Shown here: positions 19,591 to 28,072 of the stretch, piece by piece
How the letters are laid out: each line of letters starts with the position of its first letter
Numbering within the stretch: position 1 is the stretch's first letter
Source of the DNA: Bdellovibrionota bacterium FG-2
GTDB lineage: Bacteria; Bdellovibrionota; UBA1018
NCBI GenBank assembly: GCA_051382305.1
Contig: JBBCAV010000125.1
Location: 1 to 28,072 of the forward strand
Length of the DNA: 28,072 bases
Direction: 5' to 3'
Notes under the pieces: generated by a model
The model's database searches: none
The model's input: the letters and a program-made list of their open reading frames with translations, nothing else
Told to the model about the DNA's origin: nothing
Program-made: the position numbers and the translations under genes

Positions 19591-21099
19591 TTACGCCGTA
19601 AAAATTTGATCAAACTCCTTAAGGGCCGAATCAAGCTTCGGAGTCAACTCCTCATCAAGCTTGCCCTTCTTAACAATACCCACCAACACTTCTGAATGTT
19701 TCTTCTCAAGAAACTCCAAAAGTTGTTTTTCATATTCCTTGAGTTTATCCAAAGGAAAACGATCCACAAAACCCTTCGTGCCCGCATAAATAACGATGAC
19801 CTGATTTTCAATCGGCATCGGCACGTATTGCCCTTGCTTTAAAAGCTCCGTAAGCCGGGAGCCTCGCGCAAGCTGTTTTTGCGTAGCGGCGTCCAAATCG
19901 CTGCCAAACTGACTAAAAGCGGCTTTTTCGCGATACTGCGCAAGGTCCAACCGTAATGTTCCTGAAATCTGGCGCATCGCCTTGATCTGAGCACTACCGC
20001 CCACGCGCGAGACGGAAATCCCGACGTTCACTGCGGGACGAACGCCCGAATAGAAGAGATCGGTTTCAAGATAGATTTGCCCGTCAGTAATCGAAATCAC
20101 GTTCGTCGGAATATAAGCGGAAACGTCACCTGCCTGCGTTTCGATAATAGGGAGGGCCGTCAAAGAGCCGCCGCCCAACTTATCGGAGAGCTTTGCCGCG
20201 CGCTCAAGGAGCCGAGAGTGCAAATAGAAAACGTCGCCGGGATACGCTTCGCGACCTGGAGGGCGTCTCAAAAGAAGCGATAATTGGCGGTAGGCTTGTG
20301 CCTGTTTCGTCAAATCATCGTACACGATCAGAGCATGTTTCCCGCTGTCGCGGAAGAATTCACCCATCGTAACTCCAGTGTAGGGGGCCAAAAACTGGAG
20401 TGGGGCCTGATCTGAGGCGGAGGCTGAAACAACAATCGTGTGCTCCATTGCGCCGTGGGCGCGGAGTTTATCCACCACCTGTGCAACCGTGGATTGCTTT
20501 TGCCCAATGGCGACGTAAATACAGAACACGCCTTTGCCCTTTTGATTGATAATCGTATCAATCGCAACGGCGGTTTTTCCGGTCTGTCGGTCACCGATAA
20601 TCAATTCGCGCTGTCCTCGACCAATGGGAATCATCGCATCGATGGCTTTAATGCCGGTTTGAAGGGGTTCCTTAACACCTTGACGTTCAACAATCCCAGG
20701 CGCCTTCACTTCGACTTTACGAAAACTCTTTGCCTTAAGCTCCCCTTTGCCGTCGATCGGAACACCGAGCGCGTTAACGACGCGGCCCAGAAGCTCTTCG
20801 CCAACAGGAACCTGAACGATCTTATTGGTACGGCGAACAGAAGAACCCTCTTTCAGAAGAGTGTCATCCCCAAGAATTGCGATACCCACGCTTTCTTCTT
20901 CAAGGTTCAAAACCATCCCATAGACGTTGGAGCCGAAATCCACAAGCTCTCCTGCCATGGCCTTTTCCAAACCATAGACCTTCGCCACTCCGTCTCCGAC
21001 CGAAACCACGGTACCGGTCTCAGAGACGTCGAGCTGTTTTTCGAAGCTCGCGAGTTGGGTTTTTAGAATCTGCGTAATTTCTTCTGCTCTAATTTGCAT
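19591..21099 (-). CDS. atpA: ATP synthase F1 alpha subunit
   Basis: [37 protein letters not shown]. Confidence 0.99.
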   Translation of the reverse strand: MQIRAEEITQILKTQLASFEKQLDVSETGTVVSVGDGVAKVYGLEKAMAGELVDFGSNVYGMVLNLEEESVGIAILGDDTLLKEGSSVRRTNKIVQVPVGEELLGRVVNALGVPIDGKGELKAKSFRKVEVKAPGIVERQGVKEPLQTGIKAIDAMIPIGRGQRELIIGDRQTGKTAVAIDTIINQKGKGVFCIYVAIGQKQSTVAQVVDKLRAHGAMEHTIVVSASASDQAPLQFLAPYTGVTMGEFFRDSGKHALIVYDDLTKQAQAYRQLSLLLRRPPGREAYPGDVFYLHSRLLERAAKLSDKLGGGSLTALPIIETQAGDVSAYIPTNVISITDGQIYLETDLFYSGVRPAVNVGISVSRVGGSAQIKAMRQISGTLRLDLAQYREKAAFSQFGSDLDAATQKQLARGSRLTELLKQGQYVPMPIENQVIVIYAGTKGFVDRFPLDKLKEYEKQLLEFLEKKHSEVLVGIVKKGKLDEELTPKLDSALKEFDQIFTA

Positions 21100-21127
21100 A
21101 CATTCCTCTCTTAACTTTCATCCAAAA

Positions 21128-21688
21128 CTAAGCGTTGCCTTTAATTCCAGCGACCGCGCTATCGCGCAGCCTTTGAAGCCGTGACTGAAGCGTTCCGTCA
21201 TAAGAAACACCATTAACAGTCACCCTAAGCCCCGCAAGTAAACGGGGATCTGTCGAAACACGAAAAGCGAGTTTCTTTCCAAGTTTTCGCTGAAAAGATT
21301 TTACCAACCCATCCACATCGGCTGTGCTTAGGGGCTCAGCCGTTTCAAGGCGGGCAGAAACCCCACCCTCAGACGCTAACCGAACCTCTATCGCCGCTAG
21401 GCGAATTTCATTCAGCGCGGGCATACGCCGCTTCTTCGCAATGAGCTCGATAAAGCGGGCCAACAGTGGCACTAAATCAATCTTTTTTGCAACGGCTCGA
21501 ACAACTTCGACTTTCTCGGCGGTGGTAACAAGGGGGCCCGATAAAGCGGTCTTCACCTCTTTAGATCCATCAATGGCTTTTACAAAAAGGTCAAATTGTA
21601 GCTCAATGCGATCAAGGATTTCGGGAGTTGCCCCGGACTCGATCGCCGCTTCATAAAGGGCCTTTGCGTAGGATCGTGCGAGACTCAT
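21128..21688 (-). CDS. atpH: ATP synthase F1 delta subunit
   Basis: ARSYAKALYE, DP.LLAGL.V.V....YDGTL..RL; lies directly upstream of atpA. Confidence 0.95.
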   Translation of the reverse strand: MSLARSYAKALYEAAIESGATPEILDRIELQFDLFVKAIDGSKEVKTALSGPLVTTAEKVEVVRAVAKKIDLVPLLARFIELIAKKRRMPALNEIRLAAIEVRLASEGGVSARLETAEPLSTADVDGLVKSFQRKLGKKLAFRVSTDPRLLAGLRVTVNGVSYDGTLQSRLQRLRDSAVAGIKGNA

Positions 21689-22158
21689 TGTGCGGCCTCC
21701 ACTTGCTTAGAAAAATCTTCACGCATTCTCGTGCGATCTTCTTGGGTCAGCCGCTCTTTAATGATCCCTTCGACGCGAGTAAAAACACACTGGGTCAACT
21801 CGAAATAAAGTGCACCTTTAAGCTCCTGGTAAAGTCCCGCAGCCGCAACCCTTGCGTCAGCAGAAACCCCTGAGGCCGCCCTTTGTGCGTCGGACAAAAT
21901 CCGAAGTCGCGCGGACTGTGCGTCTTGGTGGACTTGCTGCCGAAGAACCGCGGCCTGTGATTCGATTGATTTAAGTTTTGAGCTAAATTCTTCGTATTTG
22001 GCCTGCGCCTCAAGAAGGTTTTCGCGGACTTCGAGCAGTTCTTTTCGAATGGAGTTGTGCCGATTAAATACAAAGTCGACGAGGGGCTGTCTGAGATAAT
22101 ATACCAAAACCCCGAGGAGAATAGAAAAGTTGATGGCTGGAGAAATTAGGGTTTCCAT
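21685..22158 (-). CDS. atpF: ATP synthase F0 subunit b
   Basis: INFSILLGVLVY...P...F...R TM followed by coiled coil; SD AAGGAAG. Confidence 0.9.
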   Translation of the reverse strand: METLISPAINFSILLGVLVYYLRQPLVDFVFNRHNSIRKELLEVRENLLEAQAKYEEFSSKLKSIESQAAVLRQQVHQDAQSARLRILSDAQRAASGVSADARVAAAGLYQELKGALYFELTQCVFTRVEGIIKERLTQEDRTRMREDFSKQVEAAQ

Positions 22159-22172
22159 TTATCGCTTCCTTG

Positions 22173-22616
22173 TCATCCCTTTCTTGAAAGCAGTTTATCC
22201 GAAATGTCCTGGGCAAGCTTCTCAACATCCTTAGTGAGCGCTTCTCTGAGCTGGTCGCGTTGCTTCAAAATCGCATCATTTGCTTCTTGTGTAATTTTCT
22301 TGGCGTCTTCCCTGGCGTGCGCAAGCAAAACAGATTCTTCGTGTTTCGCTTCAGCCAAGACTTTTTCAAACTCCTGGCGAATCGAGAGGCGCTCATCGGA
22401 TAGGCGGCGCGTGTATTCCGCTAATTTAAGCCCAGCCTGTTGCGTAAGTTTTTCGGCTGATTCGCGATCCTCGACTGTTTTCTTGTGTCTTAGTTCAAAA
22501 AGACGAAGAAAAGGGCAAAAATAACTGCGGCTTAAAATGAAAAATACGGCCGCAACAATGCCAAACTGAATAAAGAATGTCGAATCTAGCCCTAGCTGCT
22601 CGAGAACTGCGCTCAC
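22173..22616 (-). CDS. atpF2: ATP synthase F0 subunit b'
   Basis: LGLDSTFFIQF...F.IL....F.PF...F..R followed by coiled coil; GTG 22616 follows GGAG (ORF open to 22637). Confidence 0.88.
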   Translation of the reverse strand: MSAVLEQLGLDSTFFIQFGIVAAVFFILSRSYFCPFLRLFELRHKKTVEDRESAEKLTQQAGLKLAEYTRRLSDERLSIRQEFEKVLAEAKHEESVLLAHAREDAKKITQEANDAILKQRDQLREALTKDVEKLAQDISDKLLSRKG

Positions 22617-22665
22617 TGAGTTATCTCCATGGGACAAGAAACTGCCGTTATGAAAGTTATTTGGG

Positions 22666-22694
22666 AGCTAACATGATCTCGTCGATACGGTCAA
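22666..22694 (-). promoter_or_regulatory. Possible sigma70 promoter for the atp operon
   Basis: TTGACC-N17-TTAGCT directly after the bactofilin stop; the -10 is imperfect. Confidence 0.3.
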
Positions 22695-22695
22695 G

Positions 22696-23097
22696 CTAGG
22701 ATTTCTTGACGCCAAGAAAAGATCGAACCGGCGCAGCGGGGGCGCGCACCATTTTACTGCTTCCTTCGAAAATGACGCCCTCATCAACCGTAAGACTAGG
22801 GGTAAGAATATCTCCTCGAAAGACGGCAGGGCGATGAATTTCCACCCGATGCTTGGCGCGAACAACGCCATTAACTTCGCCACTAATGATCACAACGCCG
22901 GCCTCGATTTGGCCTTGAATACGGGCACCTTCTCCTACAATTAAAGTGTCAGAGGTGAAAATTTCTCCTCGAAAAGCGCCGCCAATGCGGACGGTTCCAT
23001 GAAAGCAAAGCTTCCCCTCGAATTCACATCCGTGATCAATAACGCCGGTGACGGTCGAGTTCTCTATCGGGGTTCCTAATATTGGGACGTGATTCAT
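22696..23097 (-). CDS. Bactofilin (polymer-forming cytoskeletal protein)
   Basis: Beta-helix pattern GVID.G.EFEGKL.F.G.VRI.G.F.GEI.....LIVGE.A.I.G.I.A..VII.G.V.G.V.A...VEI...A...GDI....L.V.EG..FEG; ATGA overlap with the parB stop. Confidence 0.93.
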   Translation of the reverse strand: MNHVPILGTPIENSTVTGVIDHGCEFEGKLCFHGTVRIGGAFRGEIFTSDTLIVGEGARIQGQIEAGVVIISGEVNGVVRAKHRVEIHRPAVFRGDILTPSLTVDEGVIFEGSSKMVRAPAAPVRSFLGVKKS

Positions 23098-24059
23098 ACC
23101 TTGCTATTCTGCATGGCTTCGATCAACCGATCAAGCTCCTGGCGTGTGGAATAGTGAAAAACCATCTTTCCTCTTCGGTCGTTGCCTTTTATTTCAACTT
23201 TCGTAGACCATTTTCGCGTCAACTCTTGGCTTACCGCATTAAGTCGCGCGCCCATTAGGGTGGGTGGCTCGGGGAAAGAGGGGGGGGGCGCTGTTTGGGT
23301 AGAAGCGGTTTTCATTTTAGAAACAAGTCCCTCAATTTCGCGAACGCTGAGTTTTTCCTGAACAATCTTTGCCCGGAGCAGCAACCGCTGCTCATTATCG
23401 TCAATCGTCAGTAATGCTTTGGCGTGACCAAAGGAGAGAATTTGTCGACGCAAGTCGTCTAAAATCGCCTCTGGAAGTTTAATGACACGAAGGTAGTTCG
23501 CTACACTTGCGCGGTCTTTTCCGACTCGTGTGGCGACTTCGTCTTGAGTGAGTGAAAAATCTTCGATTAATTGTTGGTAGGCCAACCCCTCATCTACGCA
23601 ATTTAAGTTCTCGCGCTGAATGTTTTCAATAAGCGCAAGTTCAAGCGCTTCGCGATCCGTTGAGCGTCGAATGACGATGGGAACCTGCTTTAGGCCAGCT
23701 AGTTTTGCAGCACGAAGCCTTCGCTCACCGGCAATAAGTTCGATCGCTCCCGTATGAGATTTTCGAACGACCAGGGGCTGAATAAGGCCACTGGTTCGTA
23801 TGGATTGCGCAAGTTCCGCAAGAGTGTCGTCATTAAATCCGCGTCGCGGTTGATATTGATTAACTTCTATCGCTTCGATGGCAACCACACTGATTCCCAT
23901 ATGGCGATCACGATTCGCCGTATCTTGGGCGCTCGCACTTGCAGGCATCGTGGCGGCCATGCGCGCCTGGGCTTGTCCTTCGATCGAACTGCCGACCGAA
24001 CTCCCCATCCCCGGAAACAACGACGCGAGACCTTTTCCTAAAACCTGTTTCTGTCCCAT
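23094..24059 (-). CDS. parB: Chromosome partitioning CTPase ParB
   Basis: LGKGLASL, NQYQPRR.F, IAGERRLRA, ALIENIQRENLN, HTH TQDEVA.RVGKDRASVANYLR. Start ATG 24059 (SD GAGGA) or 24083 (ATGA overlap with parA). Confidence 0.96.
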   Translation of the reverse strand: MGQKQVLGKGLASLFPGMGSSVGSSIEGQAQARMAATMPASASAQDTANRDRHMGISVVAIEAIEVNQYQPRRGFNDDTLAELAQSIRTSGLIQPLVVRKSHTGAIELIAGERRLRAAKLAGLKQVPIVIRRSTDREALELALIENIQRENLNCVDEGLAYQQLIEDFSLTQDEVATRVGKDRASVANYLRVIKLPEAILDDLRRQILSFGHAKALLTIDDNEQRLLLRAKIVQEKLSVREIEGLVSKMKTASTQTAPPPSFPEPPTLMGARLNAVSQELTRKWSTKVEIKGNDRRGKMVFHYSTRQELDRLIEAMQNSKV

Positions 24060-24079
24060 ACTTCCTCTCCCCTCACTCA

Positions 24080-24910
24080 TCATACAAATGTACTCATTTC
24101 TGGCTGATTATGCGGCCGCGCCGGCATTCGATCGCTCACATTTTGATTTCGACTCAAAAGCTCCTTTGCGAGATTCAAATAGGCCAAGCATCCTTTTGAA
24201 TCGATATCGTAAAGCAACACAGGTTTTCCGAAACTCGAGCACTCACTCAAACGAACGTTTCGCGGCACGACGGTTTCAAAAACTTTATCAGGGAAATAAG
24301 TCTGAACTTCTTTCACCACTTCGTGCGCCAAATTATTTCGCCCGTCAAACATGGTCAAAACAATGCCTTCGTGAAACAAGCTTGGATTCAAACTTTGTCG
24401 AACGAGCGAGACGGTGTGAATAAGTTGCGATAGCCCTTCAAGCGCAAAAAACTCGCACTGAAGGGGGACTAAAAAACTATCCGCAGCCGTCAGCGCATTT
24501 ACCGTGAGAAGCCCTAGTGACGGCGGGCAGTCGATAAGGATGTAATCAAATTTTGCTTTGATTTCTAAAAGTGCCGAACGAAGCCTGTTTTCGCGGGCAA
24601 AGGCCGAAACAAGTTCAATTTCAGCCCCCGTGAGGTCGCCGTTTGCTGCAACAATTGAGAGGTTATCTATCTCTGTGGGACGAATCACCGAAGACAGCGG
24701 AACCTCACCAATCAGCGCGTGATACATGTTTTTTTCTGAAGCAAGCGTCGCGCGATCAACCCCAAGGGCTGAGGATGCGTTTCCCTGTGGATCAAAATCT
24801 AAAATAAGTGTCTTTCTCTCGGCAACTGCGAGGGATGCGGCTAGGTTTACTGTGGTGGTTGTTTTTCCCACTCCGCCCTTTTGATTTGCAATTGCAATTA
24901 CTTTTCCCAT
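24080..24910 (-). CDS. parA: Chromosome partitioning ATPase ParA/Soj
   Basis: MGKVIAIANQKGGVGKTTT, D.DPQGNAS, IDCPPSLGLLT.NAL, PRNVRLSE; ATG 24910 follows AGAGGA. Confidence 0.97.
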   Translation of the reverse strand: MGKVIAIANQKGGVGKTTTTVNLAASLAVAERKTLILDFDPQGNASSALGVDRATLASEKNMYHALIGEVPLSSVIRPTEIDNLSIVAANGDLTGAEIELVSAFARENRLRSALLEIKAKFDYILIDCPPSLGLLTVNALTAADSFLVPLQCEFFALEGLSQLIHTVSLVRQSLNPSLFHEGIVLTMFDGRNNLAHEVVKEVQTYFPDKVFETVVPRNVRLSECSSFGKPVLLYDIDSKGCLAYLNLAKELLSRNQNVSDRMPARPHNQPEMSTFV

Positions 24911-25030
24911 TATTCCTCTTCTTTTCGCAGTTTTTATTAAATCGCTGCGAACAATCAACACACCTCTGCTGGGGGGAGCCTTTTTTCAGCGCCCCCTTTG
25001 AATCCAGCAGAAATTGTGTTTGTGGTTGGG

Positions 25031-25039
25031 TGTGGATAA
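25031..25039 (-). promoter_or_regulatory. Perfect DnaA box (TTATCCACA) upstream of parA
   Basis: Plus strand TGTGGATAA in the rsmG-parA intergenic region; degenerate neighbours TGTGGTTGG (25021-25029) and CTACTCACA (25088-25096). Confidence 0.6.
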
Positions 25040-25218
25040 CCTAAAAAGATTTCTCTAAACTCTGTACTGCGGGCCCTCACTACTCGGCTACTCACAGGGA
25101 AAAGGGTAACCATGTTCTTGGTATTCATCAAGCTATTTTTGAAAAATAATGAGTATATCGTGAGTATCAGCGGGTGGCGGCGCATGACCACGCGTAGTCA
25201 AAGGGTAGTCATGCATAC

Positions 25219-25902
25219 TCATGTTCCACGTGGAACACGCGAAAGCTTTATTATGACCCTGCGTTTTTCTTCGGGCCCCACAATGTATTTATAGGTCCCC
25301 GAAACATCAAATTTCCATCGCCGCACCTGGGGGCTGCAAGTATTCCATTCCTCTTCCCATCCTGGGCCCTTTAAGAGTAATAAATTGTTCCACGTGGAAC
25401 AAGGCCTAACCCAACCCAGGATCTTTTCGACATTTCCAACGGCGCGGGCAACTATCGACCCCACATTGGTACTCCTAATAGTGTGTTCCACTCGATCCCC
25501 TACAACTGAAACATTCTCCATACCAAGGGCGGTAACAACCGCATGAAGGAATTCTGCCTTACGTTTTTCTGAATCACAGAGTACCCACGCCTGAGCATCC
25601 ATCATTGCGCAGACTATTCCAGGCACCCCTACCCCTGCACCTAAATCGAGCGCAGGATATTCAAGTAGACCCGACTTAAGTAGCCCGACTGCGTCTAGTA
25701 TGTGCCCGAAGAAGAAATCCTCGGGTTTGATTAGCCTTGTGAGGTTCTGCCGCTCGTTTTCGACTAATACCATTTTATAGTACTTGAGTAGCCGCTCGCG
25801 CGTTTGATCACTCAAAAAACCGCCAAAGAAGAGGCCTACATTTTCTGCTAATAATCCTGAAAGCCCGCTAATCCATTCCTGATGACTAGACTGATTAGAC
25901 AC
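25219..25902 (-). CDS. rsmG: 16S rRNA m7G527 methyltransferase (GidB)
   Basis: N...[35 protein letters not shown]; lies between mnmG and parA. Confidence 0.95.
   Translation of the reverse strand: MSNQSSHQEWISGLSGLLAENVGLFFGGFLSDQTRERLLKYYKMVLVENERQNLTRLIKPEDFFFGHILDAVGLLKSGLLEYPALDLGAGVGVPGIVCAMMDAQAWVLCDSEKRKAEFLHAVVTALGMENVSVVGDRVEHTIRSTNVGSIVARAVGNVEKILGWVRPCSTWNNLLLLKGPGWEEEWNTCSPQVRRWKFDVSGTYKYIVGPEEKRRVIIKLSRVPRGT
25222..25237. promoter_or_regulatory. parS: parS centromere-like site 1
   Basis: Perfect palindrome TGTTCCACGTGGAACA matching the canonical parS consensus; encodes the last residues VPRGT of RsmG. Confidence 0.95.
25386..25401. promoter_or_regulatory. parS: parS centromere-like site 2
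   Basis: Perfect palindrome TGTTCCACGTGGAACA (extends to 18 bp, 25385-25402); encodes CSTWN inside RsmG. Confidence 0.95.
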
Positions 25903-27793
25903 GCGCCACCCCTTTTTGTCGTTCTTGCATTCGAAGGTGGATCATTAAATTAGCAACAGCGGCGGGAGTGATTCCCTGCAGCCGCCCCATCTGCCCCAGC
26001 GTTTCGGGACGAAACTCCTTGAGCCGGGAGCGTATCTCGCTCGAAAGCCCGGGGATAGAATCAAAATCAAGCCCCAGCGGAATCATAACCGCCTCACTTT
26101 TTCGAACGCCACTTAGCAAATCCAGATCTCGCTGAATATAGCCCTCGTACTTGACCTCAATCTCCGCTTGCTCCGAAGCGCGCGCACCAAAAACATCTCC
26201 TAAAAACCCGAGCTGACACAGCTCAGACCACCGAACCTCGGGCCGCCTCAATAAAACTTCCGCCGACGCCCGATCCTCAAGCGGGCCGATGCCCAATTCG
26301 GTCCAAACCTTCGTCTTTGTGGTTTCGGGCAAGAAAAAATGTGTCTTCAAAGCGCATCGAGCCTGCACAATCTCACTCCGCAACTTTTCGACTCGCGAAA
26401 AACTCTCATCAGAAACCAAGCCTAACCCGTGCCCCATCTCCGCAAGCCGCAAATCCGCATTATCTTCTCGCAACAACAGTCGATACTCCGCCCGCGAAGT
26501 GAACATCCGGTACGGTTCATCGGAGCCCCTGGAAATTAAATCATCGATCAGCACGCCGATATAGGCCTCGTCCCGTTTCAAAACAAACTCGTCGCGGCCC
26601 AAAACTCTGTTGGCGGCATTGATTCCCGCCACAAGACCTTGGGCTGCCGCCTCTTCATACCCTGATGTCCCGTTTACTTGGCCCGCGAAAAAAAGCCCCG
26701 AAACATCCTTGGATTCTAGGGTTGCCCGCAAAACGCGCGAATCAATAGCGTCGTATTCGACGGCATAACCAAGGCGTGCAAACTCGGCCTTTTCAAGACC
26801 CACAATCGAGCGAACGAACTGTTCCTGAACATCGGCGGGGAGGCTGGTAGAAATTCCGTTCACATAAATCTCATCGCTCGATAAACTCTCAGGCTCCAAA
26901 AAAACTTGATGCCGGTCTCGCTCAGAAAAGCGCTTCACCTTGTCTTCAATCGACGGACAGTACCGAGGGCCAATACCTTCGATTGCCCCACTAAATAAGG
27001 GTGATCTCGAAAAGTTATCTGCGATAATCTCGTGAGTGCGCGAATTCGTATAGGTGATGTGACAAGGCACTTGTGGCAGGACGGGAAACTTCTCCCACTT
27101 GAAATAGAATGAAAACGCGCTAGGTTTCTCATCCCCCGGTTGCTCTGCCAAACCCGAGAAATCAATACTTCCCCTTTTCAACCTTGGGGGCGTGCCCGTC
27201 TTAAGTCGCCGCAACCGAAAACCAGCGGCTCGCAACCATGCGCTCAAACCCTTTGCGGAATCCTCGCCTACTCGCCCCCCCTCAGACTGATCCGCCCCCG
27301 TATGCATCACCGCTCGCAAGAAAGTACCGGTCGTCACAACGACCGCGCGAGCCGCGATCTTTTCGCCGGAAGCCAATAACACGCCGCTCGCACCGGCAGC
27401 CCCGGTCTCAAGACCCACAACCTCACCCTGAACAACCTCAAGACCCGAAACACCGCATATATCGCGTATATAATGTTGCATCGTAGAGGTGTAAATTGCC
27501 TTATCGCATTGGGCCCTGGAGGAGCGAACGGCTGGACCCTTGCTTGCGTTAAGTGTGCGATATTGTATGGAACTTTGGTCAGTGTTAATACCCATAACGC
27601 CACCTAATGCGTCGATTTCTTTAACTAATTGTCCTTTTGCCAGGCCCCCAATAGCGGGGTTACAGGACATAGCTGATAAGTTATTGATATTAAACGATAT
27701 AAGCGCCGTTCGGCAGCCCATCTTTGCAGCGGAAATGGCGGCTTCACAACCCGCATGCCCACCCCCGATAATGACGACATCAAATGAACGCAC
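25895..27793 (-). CDS. mnmG: tRNA uridine 5-carboxymethylaminomethyl modification enzyme MnmG (GidA)
   Basis: [83 protein letters not shown]. Confidence 0.99.
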   Translation of the reverse strand: MRSFDVVIIGGGHAGCEAAISAAKMGCRTALISFNINNLSAMSCNPAIGGLAKGQLVKEIDALGGVMGINTDQSSIQYRTLNASKGPAVRSSRAQCDKAIYTSTMQHYIRDICGVSGLEVVQGEVVGLETGAAGASGVLLASGEKIAARAVVVTTGTFLRAVMHTGADQSEGGRVGEDSAKGLSAWLRAAGFRLRRLKTGTPPRLKRGSIDFSGLAEQPGDEKPSAFSFYFKWEKFPVLPQVPCHITYTNSRTHEIIADNFSRSPLFSGAIEGIGPRYCPSIEDKVKRFSERDRHQVFLEPESLSSDEIYVNGISTSLPADVQEQFVRSIVGLEKAEFARLGYAVEYDAIDSRVLRATLESKDVSGLFFAGQVNGTSGYEEAAAQGLVAGINAANRVLGRDEFVLKRDEAYIGVLIDDLISRGSDEPYRMFTSRAEYRLLLREDNADLRLAEMGHGLGLVSDESFSRVEKLRSEIVQARCALKTHFFLPETTKTKVWTELGIGPLEDRASAEVLLRRPEVRWSELCQLGFLGDVFGARASEQAEIEVKYEGYIQRDLDLLSGVRKSEAVMIPLGLDFDSIPGLSSEIRSRLKEFRPETLGQMGRLQGITPAAVANLMIHLRMQERQKGVARV

Positions 27794-27801
27794 GGGAGTC
27801 T

Positions 27802-27828
27802 ATTATGCTGCGCACAAAACGGAGTCAA
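27802..27828 (-). promoter_or_regulatory. Possible sigma70 promoter for mnmG
   Basis: TTGACT-N15-CATAAT, ending 8 nt before the GTG start. The spacer is short and no SD is visible. Confidence 0.35.
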
Positions 27829-27948
27829 GGGGGAAACGAAAACCAAACCAAGCAGTTTCTCATCGTGAGAGCCCTTAGGTTAAAGCTGCACCCAAAACGC
27901 TCCTCACGCTCATCTCAAGTAGTGATCAACCAATGTGACTAGAAAACA

Positions 27949-27987
27949 CAAAATCCTGGCCAAGATGAAAAGAATCCAGGTTTTTTG
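27949..27987. terminator. Imperfect stem-loop with A/T flanks (possible terminator) abutting the intron 3' end
   Basis: CAAAATCCTGG ... CCAGGTTTTTTG; core CCTGG/CCAGG with a long loop and a T6 tract on the plus strand. Confidence 0.35.
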
Positions 27988-28072
27988 GTAGGTAGGCGGC
28001 GCACCTTACGGCGGCCGCCCCCATTAAAACCGGACTGGCGGGTTTTCCGCATCCGGCTTCCTCACTGACAAA
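27988..28072 (-). mobile_element. 3' end of a group II intron (domains V and VI); the rest lies beyond the right edge
   Basis: Minus strand GAAGCCGGATGCGGAAAACCCGCCAGTCCGGTTTT (28060-28026) folds as DV with an AGC triad and 2-nt bulge. It is followed by GG-GGGCGGC-CGCC-GTAA-GGTG-C-GCCGCCT-A-CC-TAC, i.e. DVI with a GNRA loop, bulged A at 27993 and terminal YAC. Confidence 0.88.

Noticed and set aside
20440..21066. 208-aa plus-strand ORF and other antisense ORFs over atpA, atpD, gcvP, mrcA and mnmG
   Set aside because: Typical antisense shadows of conserved genes; no independent motifs.
23279..23288. G8 homopolymer in parB as a phase-variation tract
   Set aside because: Encodes a Pro-rich linker (APPPS) in frame in a core gene; nothing suggests slippage.
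24968..25008. GC-rich imperfect hairpin in the parA leader as a riboswitch or terminator
   Set aside because: Short interrupted stem with no recognisable aptamer and no U-tract in the parA sense.
25484..25499. Third parS site in rsmG (TGTTCCAC...)
   Set aside because: Only one half-site; the second half matches 2 of 8 positions.
27926..27987. Minus-strand peptide ending DFVFSSHIG-stop as a remnant of the mnmE C-terminus (IFSxFCIGK)
   Set aside because: Lacks the invariant FCxGK; the resemblance is too weak to support without the upstream sequence.

Overview
Origin-proximal bacterial chromosome segment, roughly 48-50% GC by eye. Gene order and protein style suggest Bdellovibrionota or a related former Deltaproteobacterium (inference). 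Left to right: a truncated flagellar rod gene flgF (missing from the ORF track) under a sigma54 promoter; folD-gcvT-gcvH; a membrane-anchored class I methyltransferase divergent from motA-motB; an inverted gcvP; and a small hypothetical gene. Then a long minus-strand run, in transcription order: mnmG, rsmG, parA, parB, bactofilin, atpF'FHAGDC, a 679-aa membrane protein, xseB, tlyA, a patatin-like lipoprotein, PBP1A and a TonB-like protein. Non-coding or dual-coding signals: two perfect parS palindromes inside rsmG, a perfect DnaA box plus phased short repeats upstream of parA, and domains V and VI of a group II intron at the right edge. Most content is housekeeping. The best candidates for undescribed biology are (i) an apparently catalytically dead patatin-fold lipoprotein whose stop overlaps the PBP1A start, and (ii) a FAM173/ATPSCKMT-like membrane methyltransferase sharing a divergent promoter region with an atypical MotAB stator whose MotB lacks canonical peptidoglycan-binding motifs. 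All homology calls come from motif recognition by eye; no searches were run.
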